A stretch of DNA of 64,000 nt from Bdellovibrionales bacterium (GCA_031370005.1 JANMPT010000077.1:83246-147245); one strand, 5' to 3'. Positions 1 to 10,337 are shown, numbered from the stretch's first letter. Made by a program: numbers and translations. Notes: a model not told the origin generated them from the sequence alone.

Positions 1-615
1 ATGTCAGGATTTAGCGAGGCGCCCTTGCCTGCGCCACAATTTATTTTAATGCTAGTGATGCTGCTCGCATTGCTATTGTCTGGAGTCACAACGCCAATGA
101 TTGACCTTGAGGCGAAGATTTCAAAGATGAGCCTCGTACTTTTAGATCACCATCTTGTTTTCGAAAATCAGGTTTTGTATTTCCAAAGTAAAAGTATCAT
201 GGATGTCTTTGAAATTATGATCCATCACAAGGACCTCGAAATGAAGGCTGTAGGAATTCTGATGGTCATGTTCAGCATCGCATTTCCCCTGCTTAAAATA
301 CTTTCTTGTCTTGGCTATTACTATAGCAACAAAGCGCGCGAAAATAAGTTGATTCAGTTTTTTGTCTTAAAGTCGGGAAAATGGTCAATGGCCGACGTGC
401 TTGTCATTGCTATATTTATGGCTTACATCGGATTTAACGGAATCATTTCAAATCAGTTTGATAAGTTCAGTTCAGTCAGTGATAACCTGGAGCTTTTAAC
501 CACCAATGGGACTTCACTGCAGCCGGGCTTCTATATCTTCTTCACTTATGCTGTTTTAGCCCTTTTCTTGTCGGGATTCTTAGCCAAGAGAAATACCAAA
601 TCTGAATCAAAGTAA
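1..615 (+). CDS. Paraquat-inducible protein A (PqiA) family membrane protein, probably 5'-truncated by the window edge
   Basis: Hydrophobic ORF with FSIAFPLLK and GKWSMADV motifs typical of the PqiA domain. Confidence 0.75.
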   Translation: MSGFSEAPLPAPQFILMLVMLLALLLSGVTTPMIDLEAKISKMSLVLLDHHLVFENQVLYFQSKSIMDVFEIMIHHKDLEMKAVGILMVMFSIAFPLLKILSCLGYYYSNKARENKLIQFFVLKSGKWSMADVLVIAIFMAYIGFNGIISNQFDKFSSVSDNLELLTTNGTSLQPGFYIFFTYAVLALFLSGFLAKRNTKSESK

Positions 616-634
616 TGCTCGCCAAATAAACTAT

Positions 635-805
635 TTACCAGGGTATTTCCCTTCCCGTAAAATCAAAAAATTTTCCAGTGTAGGACTTGCCTTGTTTTCC
701 CGCGTTATCAATTAGTTTCCAGATCCCGGCTGCCGAATCTTTAGGTTCAACAAGTGCGGAAGCTCCGCCCATGTCTGTCTTAACCCAGCCCGGGTGAACC
801 ACGAA
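635..805 (-). pseudogene. C-terminal fragment of an SDR oxidoreductase (CsgA/C-factor-like)
   Basis: HPGWVKTDMGG...GKFFDFTGREIPW is the SDR C-terminus; the Rossmann N-terminus is absent and replaced by the TA promoter. Confidence 0.75.
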
Positions 806-825
806 GGTCGAAAGCCAAGCGATTA

Positions 826-875
826 ATCTTGTTAAAATACCGTATTGCGGTTTTGCCGTAATTCGGTTATATTGA
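826..875 (+). promoter_or_regulatory. Putative TA promoter/operator
   Basis: Two adjacent dyads ACCG-tattg-CGGT and CCG-taatt-CGG before TATATT, upstream of the antitoxin. Confidence 0.45.
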
Positions 876-898
876 TTGTACTTGAAGGGAGTCCTTTT

Positions 899-1138
899 AT
901 GGGAGCCAAAAGAAAAGCCACATTCTATGTCGATGAATCCGTTCACAAAGCTTTAAGACTTAAAGCCGCAAATGACGATGTTTCCCCTTCTGATCTTTTG
1001 AATCAGCTCTTGGCTGTAGATTTGGCGGAGTATCTGGAAGACCTCGAGGACGTAGCCGCCGTTAACGCCCGTCAAAAGGAACGAGGCAAAGGCATTCCTC
1101 TTGAACAATTCGTAAAAAAGCTGAGAAAGAATGGCTAA
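899..1138 (+). CDS. RHH/CopG-type antitoxin
   Basis: KATFYVDESVHKALRLKAA RHH pattern, acidic C-terminus, GGAG RBS, overlaps the toxin start. Confidence 0.75.
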   Translation: MGAKRKATFYVDESVHKALRLKAANDDVSPSDLLNQLLAVDLAEYLEDLEDVAAVNARQKERGKGIPLEQFVKKLRKNG

Positions 1139-1388
1139 GTACTCCGTTCTTATCCAACCCTCCGCACAAAAAGAGATCGAACGACTTCCAAAACCCGCGC
1201 AGAACAAAGTCCTAAAGGCTTTGGTTGCTCTTGGTGACAACCCACGCCCTGCGAGTTGTAAAAAGTTAGTCGGCACCGATGCTTGGCGAGTACGAGTTGG
1301 AGAATACAGAATTGTATACTGGGTAGAAGACAACGTACTTAGCGTCGAAGTCATAAAGGTTGCGCACCGCAAAGATGTCTACCGCTGA
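1131..1388 (+). CDS. relE: RelE/ParE family toxin
   Basis: WRVRVGEYRIVY and HRKDVYR RelE motifs, 85 aa. Confidence 0.9.
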   Translation: MAKYSVLIQPSAQKEIERLPKPAQNKVLKALVALGDNPRPASCKKLVGTDAWRVRVGEYRIVYWVEDNVLSVEVIKVAHRKDVYR

Positions 1389-1743
1389 TTTATTCCGCTA
1401 CGCTCAGTGGTCTTTGGATTTTTTTCTAGCAACTTGCGCGCTAAAAAACTTTTTATCTTTTTCCAACCAAAAGTAATCTTGCACCGTCGAGTTCAGCAGA
1501 TCTTCGTTTACCCAGAAGTAACCAGGACTGCTTTTATCACATTCTACGTTCATTCCTTCGTACTGCTTGCAATTGGGGCCATGCGAGTCACGCACCAGAT
1601 AGCGGCAAGTCCCCGAAGCCACATCATATTTTCTACCGACAAGGATGCTCTCCTTCTAGCCCGAAGGTTTTCTTGTTCGCCTTATCGTTTAAGCTCTGCA
1701 GCAGCTCTGCCGTATCTATTGATCCGAGATCGGATTTTAAGAA

Positions 1744-2826
1744 TCAAGACCGCATCCGATACCTCATGCCACGCCCAACGCCTTCTTTCTCAAGGTGACC
1801 ATCATTCACTAAGTTTCTGAAATGAACTTTCACGGTATTGCGGTTAGCGCCAGTGGCGGCCACGGCCTCACCGATAGAGGTTGGTCCACGGCTTTTGATG
1901 AATTCAATGATCTGCAGAGATAAGGGCGGCATTTTGGTCGCCGCCAATTCATCTTTCATCTTGGCTTCGAGCGCGGCCTTTTGTTTCTGCATGGACTTGA
2001 GAAAGAACTCCAGCCAGTCGTTCACGCCACCGGACTTAATTTTTGTTTTACTTTTTGTCTTTACATTGAACTGTTCGAGTTCTGCCTGCCCACGGCGCAG
2101 AGCCAGATAGCAGGAATCTTTGTTCTCCTCGATAACCCGTTCAAAAGAACTGTAGGGCACGTAGCTATATCCCAGCTGCAAGAGCAGTAACGTCGTGAGC
2201 GCACGCGATAGACGACCATTGCCGTCCTGAAAAGGATGGATGTGCAGGAACACGACCACGAACACGGCAATCACAAGCAGCGGGTGCAATTCTTTGCGAG
2301 TGATTTGCGTGTTAGTCCATTCGATTAGTTCAGTCATCAAGCCTGGGGTATCAAGCGGTGCTGCTGTATGGAAGATCACACCTTTGCTTTTGCCATCAGG
2401 GCCGAATGCTTCCACACTATTTGCGAACTTCTTGTAATCGCCCCGGTGCCGATCATCTTTGGTACTATATTTCAGTAGAATGCTGTGCAGTTGCTTGATG
2501 TGGTTCTCGGTAAACGGAATATCTTTGAAAGACGCAAAGATCATCTCCATCAGTTCCGCATAACCGGCGACCTCTTGCTCATCTCGGGATTTGAGTGAGT
2601 ATGTTTTCACCCCACGAAGTAGGGCTTCTACTTCAGAGTTGGTGAGCCTCACACCTTCGATACGGGTGCTGGATCCGACGGATTCGATGGTGGCCACTTG
2701 GCGAAGTGCGGCCAGTCTGTCAGGCGCTAATGCCTGAGTAGTCGCCCACCGGCCTTTGAACTCATCAAGCTCGCCGATAAGATTTGTGATTTCTTTGGGT
2801 ATTAGGTTTATCTTGGGTGCTCTCAT
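1744..2826 (-). CDS. Fic family protein with C-terminal wHTH
   Basis: HPFQDGNGRLSR Fic motif, SSTRIEG inhibitory motif, C-terminal HTH; start taken at MRAPK. Confidence 0.9.
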   Translation of the reverse strand: MRAPKINLIPKEITNLIGELDEFKGRWATTQALAPDRLAALRQVATIESVGSSTRIEGVRLTNSEVEALLRGVKTYSLKSRDEQEVAGYAELMEMIFASFKDIPFTENHIKQLHSILLKYSTKDDRHRGDYKKFANSVEAFGPDGKSKGVIFHTAAPLDTPGLMTELIEWTNTQITRKELHPLLVIAVFVVVFLHIHPFQDGNGRLSRALTTLLLLQLGYSYVPYSSFERVIEENKDSCYLALRRGQAELEQFNVKTKSKTKIKSGGVNDWLEFFLKSMQKQKAALEAKMKDELAATKMPPLSLQIIEFIKSRGPTSIGEAVAATGANRNTVKVHFRNLVNDGHLEKEGVGRGMRYRMRS

Positions 2827-3187
2827 ATACCCAAGAATATACCCATAAACACCCATAAAGTCCAAAAATATGGCTATTTATGGGTATATATGGGTGTAAT
2901 TATGGGTAAGTGCTGGACAAAGGGCTTATTCCTACCGGCGCGTTTCCCGACAGATAGAACAATCGTTTTTTAGGCTCTTCCCCTAGCTTTAACCACGATT
3001 GAACCAAAAAGCTCTCGGGCTTCGGTCCACCGTAGAAGCCAATCCAAACAAAACGAGACTGAGTTAAGGCTCGCTCTTTTCAAAATCGTTTTCTTTTCTC
3101 GCAAAGAAAGTGCCGTCAAAACGCCACACCCTTTGTCTTTTCGTTCTTCAGGTTCGGTTCTCCGCTCTCTCTTAACTCTCGAACTGT

Positions 3188-3604
3188 CTATTTTGAGAGA
3201 AACGAAATAACTTGCAAAAAAGAGTACTTCTTAAAATCGGCATCTCGAGTCCAGACGCGCTTTACTTTATGTTGCCTTAAGCACAGTGCAATTCTGGCAT
3301 CAAATACCTCATTGCCCTTTAAGCCTGGAACTTGTTTAGTTATTTCAGAAAGTTCTTTCCACCAATTTGTGTCTTCATCGAGAATTCTTATATCATAGGC
3401 ATCAATGAGTTGCGAAAGCGCCTCGACAGCCTTTTCAATTTTCAGCGGTGAAGAGAAAACTTTAGAGTGGGTCAATAATCTGAGTACCTCGCTGATATTT
3501 GTGGGAGTTGTACAAAGCTCATCGTCCAGATTTTCTAATCCACTTGTTATTTCTTTATGATGTATCGAGTTTGTCTCTCGCCTTGATGAGAAACCCAAGG
3601 CCAT
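3188..3604 (-). pseudogene. PIN-domain (VapC-like) toxin lacking its N-terminal strand
   Basis: EVLRLLT, GNEVFDARIA and TRDADF PIN motifs are present; the N-terminal catalytic DTN motif and a cognate antitoxin are not. Confidence 0.65.
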
Positions 3605-3615
3605 GGGTTTAGCTT

Positions 3616-4521
3616 TTAAAGCCTTTTCAATGAAGCACAGGCTAGTATGGAAATGGACGCGCCATAACTTTCAGAAGACGTGGTAAAAGGAGATTTGGAG
3701 AGGTTGAAGTCAAGACCTCGGATAAATCCGACCTCCACATTGAGTAGGCCGATTTTTGACCCTTTCTCGGCATCAGGGCGAATTTTAGCTTTGATCCACT
3801 TCGTTGAGGTCTTAAGCCCGACACTTAGATAACTACGATACTTTATTTCAAAATAATTTCTGAGACATGTACTTTTGCCAGATTCAAAAACTCCTACAAT
3901 TTTAGTTCGAACCAAGCAGTAAAGTGTTTTTGCATTTTCGTCTTGAGCGGATTCAGCAATCAAATAAGGAAGTAAGTTTTGGGCACGAGCCCCTTTATAT
4001 TTTCCACCGGAAAAAATAGCAGCCGTCAAGCTGTCCGGCTGAAACTTAACGGCAATATTACTTTCTGAAAGAAGTTTCTGAAGGGCACCATACTCTTCAA
4101 ACACTTTTTCAGCGTCACAAATTGCCAGAGTAATTTGTCTTAGATTCGGTCCAATTGTTATTTGTTTGAAAAAACGCCCGTCGAGGGGACTCAACTCTTC
4201 AGAGTTCTCCGGTTGATAAAGGATAGAGTAATGGTTTGATACTATTTCACTTGAATGCGCGATTAATATGACTTCCTCATAATCACCTTCAAGGCAGTCC
4301 TTTAATGAAAGCGGAGATCCTGATCTGTAGTGAAATTGTGGCGATTCACCTTCATAGCCCATTTTTTTTAAAAGCTGAGATGCTTTTTCTTCAACAGCGA
4401 CATTGAATTTTTCTTCTCTGATTAGTGAAGCTACACAGGTTTTCACACCTTCGGCAAATGCTTCAGGGATTTGCATCCCTGAAGCTAACAAAAAAGTAAA
4501 AAAGAAAAATCGTGAAAACAT
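3616..4521 (-). CDS. Hypothetical secreted protein
   Basis: 301-aa ORF with signal-peptide-like N-terminus (AFA), 5 nt downstream of the previous gene. Confidence 0.65.
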   Translation of the reverse strand: MFSRFFFFTFLLASGMQIPEAFAEGVKTCVASLIREEKFNVAVEEKASQLLKKMGYEGESPQFHYRSGSPLSLKDCLEGDYEEVILIAHSSEIVSNHYSILYQPENSEELSPLDGRFFKQITIGPNLRQITLAICDAEKVFEEYGALQKLLSESNIAVKFQPDSLTAAIFSGGKYKGARAQNLLPYLIAESAQDENAKTLYCLVRTKIVGVFESGKSTCLRNYFEIKYRSYLSVGLKTSTKWIKAKIRPDAEKGSKIGLLNVEVGFIRGLDFNLSKSPFTTSSESYGASISILACASLKRL

Positions 4522-4526
4522 TTTTT

Positions 4527-5000
4527 TTATTCCGCCTGAATTCCAAAAGATGCCGCGATATAACCTGCAGTTAGTTCACTGACGCCGGTTCGATTCATGA
4601 TCTCTTGAATGAGCTGTTGCTTTTGGCTATACTGTTCAAATTTAACAACGCTTTGAGGCTGTTCTTGAAGTCTAGCCAGGTCAGACTTAATCAGATTAGC
4701 CTCGTCCACTGTATAGATGCCTAAAGCAACTTTATCTTGCAAATCAGAATCATTAATAGCTCTGACATCATTGACCTTCTCACCTAAAATTGTACCTATA
4801 GCTAAAAGAATGAATCCATTATGGGTATTTTTATTCGCTTTCAATTCAGCTGCACCCACCATAGCAAAGGCGCCACCACCAAATGCCAGTCCAATACCGG
4901 CCCCAGGCACAGCAAATCCAATAATCATTGCACTTGCAGATTGTGGAACACTGGCGAACATCAAACCAGCCAATAAAACATACAGAATTTGTTTCTTCAT
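4527..5000 (-). CDS. Hypothetical secreted/membrane protein
   Basis: GAGAGG RBS, MKKQILY...ASA signal peptide, Gly-rich hydrophobic segments. Confidence 0.7.
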   Translation of the reverse strand: MKKQILYVLLAGLMFASVPQSASAMIIGFAVPGAGIGLAFGGGAFAMVGAAELKANKNTHNGFILLAIGTILGEKVNDVRAINDSDLQDKVALGIYTVDEANLIKSDLARLQEQPQSVVKFEQYSQKQQLIQEIMNRTGVSELTAGYIAASFGIQAE

Positions 5001-5258
5001 ATTTCCTCTCCAATTATGGGTTAGATATTTTGTTAACTCAATTGTAGCTATATACAGCATTTTGTATCACATCGCATTGCTATTTATGCATCTGCAAAAA
5101 TGCAATGCTTGTGCCACTAAAATGTAATTGTTAAATTTACATTATAATTTTTTGGTTATTTGAATAACAGACTTGGGTTCCTTATAAACTAAGGCCGCCT
5201 CAAAAAATCGCCTATTGGCCAATAGATATCGACTCACTCATAAATTTCCCTTTTTTTG

Positions 5259-6020
5259 TCAATGAGATTTAGCAGCAGCTCTGTGTGGAAAAATAAATAT
5301 GCAAGCTACAATGAACGCAAAGAGTGCCGCCGAAGCCGAGTATCGACTTAACTCAAGTCCCCCATGAGCACGCGGCTTGTCCAAAAAATCACCAAGTACA
5401 GCGCCCAATGGTCTAGTTAAGATAAACGCCAACCAAAAAAGAATAGTTCTAGAAATTTTTGTCCAAAAATAAAGGCCCGTAACAATTGCCAATAATGCAC
5501 CGAAGATGATAGCGCTGCCACTATAGCCAAAGCCCGCTGAATCTGCGGTCCAATCGCCCAATGCTGTTCCTAAGGTTTGCGAGAACATAATTGTGATCCA
5601 ATAAAACAATTCTGATTTTGGATTGTTTATAGAGTTAACTGAAATTGAACCAAGGCTGCGATGCCAAATAAATAATGAGCCAATTAAAAGCGCCAAAAGT
5701 ACAGACGAACCACCAGCATATCCAATACCCAGAGAGCGGTCGGCAAAATCCGCCATTGTCGTACCGACTGTTGTTGTCGCAATGATTGTGGTCCAATAAA
5801 TGACCGGATGAAAACGCGCGGCCTTGATTTGAATCACCACAGCCACTAAAAAAACTGTCGCAAAAATTGCTGTTCCAACAAGGTAGCCTAAATCCATAGA
5901 CATCGATACTGCATCCCCTGCCGTTTCCCCAAGAGTCGTGGCTGCAATTTTTATTATCCAGAAAAGAAGCGTCAACTCAGGTACTTTACTTAAACCATCT
6001 TTAAGATTGCTATTTTTCAT
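5259..6020 (-). CDS. COG4705/DUF347 repeat membrane protein
   Basis: KVPELTLLFWIIKIAATTLGET and TRPLGA.LGD repeats. Confidence 0.9.
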   Translation of the reverse strand: MKNSNLKDGLSKVPELTLLFWIIKIAATTLGETAGDAVSMSMDLGYLVGTAIFATVFLVAVVIQIKAARFHPVIYWTTIIATTTVGTTMADFADRSLGIGYAGGSSVLLALLIGSLFIWHRSLGSISVNSINNPKSELFYWITIMFSQTLGTALGDWTADSAGFGYSGSAIIFGALLAIVTGLYFWTKISRTILFWLAFILTRPLGAVLGDFLDKPRAHGGLELSRYSASAALFAFIVACIFIFPHRAAAKSH

Positions 6021-6171
6021 ATTGCCCCCGAGATTTTACTAAATCCGTCCTAATCCTAAACACATCAGGTAAATGCATGAAGAGCATCAACTATATTACG
6101 AAATGATGAACCGAAGATGAACAGGCGGCAAGTTAACTCCACATGACACAAATGCGTCGTGTCTGACAATT

Positions 6172-7680
6172 CTATTTACGATATTGGCGCTGTCGAAATG
6201 CCGTAAATTGGTATCGACGATTTTTACCCTGCCCCTGAAACTGTAGACTGCCATGGTCAACAAAACTCATTAAAACGCGCAGAGCACTTCTTAAATTAAT
6301 TCCAAGGATGCTCGCTGCCTCTTGTGTGGAAAACCACTTTGATTGAATTTTCGTTTTTAATTCATTTAAACGGAAGCTCTCCTTTGTAACCTCACTGTCT
6401 TTTGTCGATATCACTAAATGAATGGGTCTCAGTGGAAGCAGCGAAAGACTTTGACGCTCACTACGAACTGATAATGGTATTTTTTGTTCAATGAACCATT
6501 CGGAAAGACGTTTTATAAGGTTGCGAATGCGATCGGGTGAGCTTTCCGGATCGAAGTATTCATTAACATACAGCTTTGAGAACGCCTCTCCTACAGATAA
6601 GGGTCGATAAAAATCTTTTGCTAATAGTATAAGAAGTCGATGAACCAAACTCCCCGATGGCAGTCGGTGCCTGCCGAAACTGCCCTTATCAATATGTAAA
6701 ATCGGAGCATTGTTTCCAAAACTATCACCAAAGTCCACTTGAAATACCCCAGGCAGAGATGGTGGATCACTAAATCTTCGCTTCAAGACACTGCGATATC
6801 TTGTATAGGGAGTTCCCGCCATCAAAAATAAATAAAGCGCCTCATCATGAGTAATTAGAGCTTGAAAGAAATCCATTTGGCGTACGCTTTCCCAGTCAGC
6901 CATGTCTTTAGCTTCTAATTTTAGAGTCCTGAGGTTTTTTATATATTCAGGCTCCTCAGGCTTTTGCATTAAGTTGCCAATGGCTTTCCATTTTTTCAAA
7001 AAAAATCGATAAGAGCCGACTTCATCTTTCAGAATTTTAGCTGCCAGCTCTAGTTGTTGATTGGCCTGCTGATATCTTTTTTGCGCCAAAGCGACCTGAG
7101 CAGAAAGCTCAAGTGAATTGGCATATAATAACCGATGGCCTTTAAATTTGCACTCTGCTCGAATATCTGAAAGCAAATCAAGTGCCGGCCCAAAAAGCTC
7201 TTCAGAGACAAATCCTGCCGCCAAGTTTAGTCTCCCTACAAGTCTTTGATAGTCGCTAATTGCAGTGGACTTTAAGTACTTCTTTAGCAAAGGCAGAGCC
7301 CCGGCATAGTTCCATTCTGAAAAAAAAGCATCAACCTGGAACATAATCACTTCCGGATTTTGTGCCCAGTTTAATTTGGAAAGAATCTCTAAGCCTTGTT
7401 TGCGACCGCCAACACGAATAAGAGCTCCCGCATAAAGCGCAAGCTCTTCTTCATTTGCTGCCGAATCAAGTAAATACTTAGATTGAACAATAGGAGCAAG
7501 AATTCTCAACGTAAGATAATTCATACGCGCACGTCGGGTCAATCGAGCAATTGCCGCAACCCATAGACGAGGAATCTCTTTGGGAACAATCTGCCAAAGC
7601 TGCCTGCGGGCAGCATTAATCTGCCCCTGTCGTATCGTCACATCAAGTTGAGTAACTAACTCAGTCCATTTATCAGACAT
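6172..7680 (-). CDS. Helical-repeat (TPR-like) protein with C-terminal winged-HTH domains, putative transcriptional regulator
   Basis: Ala/Leu-rich helical repeats, then an OmpR-like wHTH (IRNLIKRL) and a terminal HTH (FSTQEAASILGINLRSALRVL...GQGKNRRY). Confidence 0.6.
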   Translation of the reverse strand: MSDKWTELVTQLDVTIRQGQINAARRQLWQIVPKEIPRLWVAAIARLTRRARMNYLTLRILAPIVQSKYLLDSAANEEELALYAGALIRVGGRKQGLEILSKLNWAQNPEVIMFQVDAFFSEWNYAGALPLLKKYLKSTAISDYQRLVGRLNLAAGFVSEELFGPALDLLSDIRAECKFKGHRLLYANSLELSAQVALAQKRYQQANQQLELAAKILKDEVGSYRFFLKKWKAIGNLMQKPEEPEYIKNLRTLKLEAKDMADWESVRQMDFFQALITHDEALYLFLMAGTPYTRYRSVLKRRFSDPPSLPGVFQVDFGDSFGNNAPILHIDKGSFGRHRLPSGSLVHRLLILLAKDFYRPLSVGEAFSKLYVNEYFDPESSPDRIRNLIKRLSEWFIEQKIPLSVRSERQSLSLLPLRPIHLVISTKDSEVTKESFRLNELKTKIQSKWFSTQEAASILGINLRSALRVLMSFVDHGSLQFQGQGKNRRYQFTAFRQRQYRK

Positions 7681-7861
7681 AATGTTTCATCGGCATCTAA
7701 ACTAAGAATCTAAATATATTTTGGCATATATTTGAGCAGTCCCATAGTGATACGTTCCTATAAGTATTCAATATTGCTCAGAGCTCAATAATAATCACGA
7801 CAAAAATCTCCGTGGGAAGCCCTGTTCATCTCCACTAGACTGAATTAAGTGGAGGTTTCAA

Positions 7862-8962
7862 GTGGGCAATATTATTAAAGCACTAGAGCTTTGCAAATGG
7901 GCACCTTCAGGGGGCAACACTCAGCCCTGGGCTATTGCAATTGAAGAGCTCACAGATGATAGCTTAACTATAAACTTATCTCTATCAAAGCAATGCAAAA
8001 AAAACGACATACTAATGGAGGCCTACGGCGCAGGTGCCCTTTACTCTTTGGGCACACTTTCTCAGACTGTTAAAAAAATTCTATCTAAGCTGGGTTGGGA
8101 AATCAGCCAAGATCAGTTCTTTACTCAAGAAAGTGCATATGAATGCTGCGCAGTTTTAAAATTCGTTCAAACACAAAAACTTTCACCCGTATGGAGTGAT
8201 ATTGAAAATATGCTCCAGGACAGACGCAGCAATCGCAATCTTTACCTTCGCACTCCACTTGCTGAGCGGACAAAAAAAGATCTCTCAAACTTACTTAGTA
8301 AGTATCCAAAATTGAAATTAGATATACACGAAGCAACAAGAAATAAAGTTGCTGGCATACTGGCAAGGATTGAAACTATTCGCTGCCAAAATCAGCGTAT
8401 GTCAAAAGAGTTCTTAAGCGAAATCCACTTTGCGCCTTCCCAAACTGGTTTGCCGTATAAAACCCTGAGCCAAGCATTTTGGTCCATAGCCATAATGAAG
8501 CTATGGAAAAAAGCCACTTGGCTTCGGTTTATATTTTTTGTCGGTGGGCAATGGATCTTTAGATACATGGCAGTTGATCGACCAATCTATCACTCAAGTG
8601 CCCTAGTTACAATTCAGGCACAAGAGTTGGACCATGAATCCATTTACCAGGTTGGACAATATCTATGCGATAGCTGGTTCTTACTCGGAGAACAGGCTTA
8701 TGATGTTCAAGTCTTTGGTCTTCCTATTTTCTCCCTTCTATCTCTACTACATCCAAATGCCAAGCAGATCTTATCTGGCAAGGATCGAAACATCCTCCTC
8801 CAAACCCAGACTGAACTAAATAAATTAGGAATTGATATTACTAAACCTTGCTTGATGTTTCGCTGCGGAATCGCCAAAAAAGAAGCCCTGCTAACACCGC
8901 GCAAACCATTAAATATTTCTGTTTTTAAAAACTCACAGCCGCAAATTCGGGAGCAAATATGA
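7862..8962 (+). CDS. Nitroreductase-like (Acg-type) flavoprotein
   Basis: APSGGNTQPW and RRSNR FMN-binding motifs, GGAGG RBS. Confidence 0.75.
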   Translation: MGNIIKALELCKWAPSGGNTQPWAIAIEELTDDSLTINLSLSKQCKKNDILMEAYGAGALYSLGTLSQTVKKILSKLGWEISQDQFFTQESAYECCAVLKFVQTQKLSPVWSDIENMLQDRRSNRNLYLRTPLAERTKKDLSNLLSKYPKLKLDIHEATRNKVAGILARIETIRCQNQRMSKEFLSEIHFAPSQTGLPYKTLSQAFWSIAIMKLWKKATWLRFIFFVGGQWIFRYMAVDRPIYHSSALVTIQAQELDHESIYQVGQYLCDSWFLLGEQAYDVQVFGLPIFSLLSLLHPNAKQILSGKDRNILLQTQTELNKLGIDITKPCLMFRCGIAKKEALLTPRKPLNISVFKNSQPQIREQI

Positions 8963-10215
8963 AATCTTTGATTCGAAAACTATTCAGATTATTGCCTGAA
9001 CAAAAAAGACTTCACCTGATTCGTCAGAATGTTCGTGTACCAGCAGGCTTAAATAATATTGTGCTTAAACTCGCTACAACCAAGGATGAACTGGAACAAG
9101 CTTACTGCTTACTCCATGACTCTTATGTTGGACAAAGCTTAATGGATCCACATCCCTCAGGAATGAGATTCAATATCTGGTCAGCATTGCCATATACAAG
9201 TGTTATCGTCGCTAAAATTGAGAACAAAGTGGTTGGGACAGTCTCTTTGATCAAAGACTCTCCTATTGGCTTTCCCTCTGATAAGATATACCAGGAGGAA
9301 AACAATGCGCACCGAAAAAACAGAAGACGCATGGTAGAGGTCTCAGCATTTGCAGTAGACCCCATGTTTCGGCAAGACGGACACAAGATAAGTCTCTATT
9401 TGATGAAATATCTCTATCAATATTCACAAAACTATCTGAATGCAGATATGCTTTGTGCTACAATTCGTAAGCATGTTTTAGATTTTTATAAAGCTTTGTT
9501 TTCTTTTGAGCAAAATGGAAAAGCTGTTCGCTATGATTTTGTGAAAGGAACTCTCGCAGTACAGATCTCTTTGGATCTTACATGCGAAAATATCGAAAAA
9601 ATCCAAAACATGTACTCAAAATATCCCGCAAAATCCAATATTTATAATTTCTGTGTTACTCCTGAGACTCAAGCAGCATTTGAATTCCCAAAACAATTAA
9701 AAGAGATCTCAATGAATCCCGTAATGACCCCTCTGTTGTTGGATTACTTTTTAGTAAAAAAGACCGGGCTTTACCGCGAACTCAGTCCACGCATGCTTGA
9801 GCTTGTACACAGCGCCTACAGCAATCACCCCGATCTAGCAAATACTCTGCCTAAGCTGCAACATGTGGATTATACCAATCGACCTAACTTTCGCTATTTA
9901 ACAAATGTTCGAGCTGTTTTTATGGCAAAGAATATTTCCGTGATAGGTACAATTTTAGATCTCTCTACTGATGGAGCTTTTTTTGCTGCCGGCACCGAGC
10001 TACCAAATGAAGCTGAGGGCCAAATAATCTTTACCATTCAAGGTCAAAAGTATCAAATTCCCTGCTCAATAATTTGGATGAATCGCGGAAATACCTTAAG
10101 ATATCCAACTGGACTCGGCATAAAATTTGAAAAGTCTGTACCCTTTCTTAATGAGTTGTTTCAGAAAACAAATATGAATCTGGACCCTCAACGTAGAGTG
10201 CTCCGGGCAGGGTGA
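8959..10215 (+). CDS. N-acyl amino acid synthase (FeeM/NasY-like GNAT) with C-terminal PilZ domain
   Basis: ELEQAYCLLHDSY, VVGTVSLI.DSPIGFP and VEVSAFAVDP.FR (FeeM-like); RPNFR and DLSTDG (PilZ). Confidence 0.75.
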   Translation: MKSLIRKLFRLLPEQKRLHLIRQNVRVPAGLNNIVLKLATTKDELEQAYCLLHDSYVGQSLMDPHPSGMRFNIWSALPYTSVIVAKIENKVVGTVSLIKDSPIGFPSDKIYQEENNAHRKNRRRMVEVSAFAVDPMFRQDGHKISLYLMKYLYQYSQNYLNADMLCATIRKHVLDFYKALFSFEQNGKAVRYDFVKGTLAVQISLDLTCENIEKIQNMYSKYPAKSNIYNFCVTPETQAAFEFPKQLKEISMNPVMTPLLLDYFLVKKTGLYRELSPRMLELVHSAYSNHPDLANTLPKLQHVDYTNRPNFRYLTNVRAVFMAKNISVIGTILDLSTDGAFFAAGTELPNEAEGQIIFTIQGQKYQIPCSIIWMNRGNTLRYPTGLGIKFEKSVPFLNELFQKTNMNLDPQRRVLRAG

Positions 10216-10337
10216 GCAGAGCTCAGCCGGTTCATTAACTTTTTTGATTTTTTTAAGAAGAAATCGTTAAGTTATATAGCTTAATTGAAGAAAAGATAAC
10301 TGGAATTTTACACTGGCTACTTATATAACCAGAAATA

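Noticed and set aside
1404..1740. Short ORFs between relE and fic
   Set aside because: No recognisable family or RBS; probably gene debris
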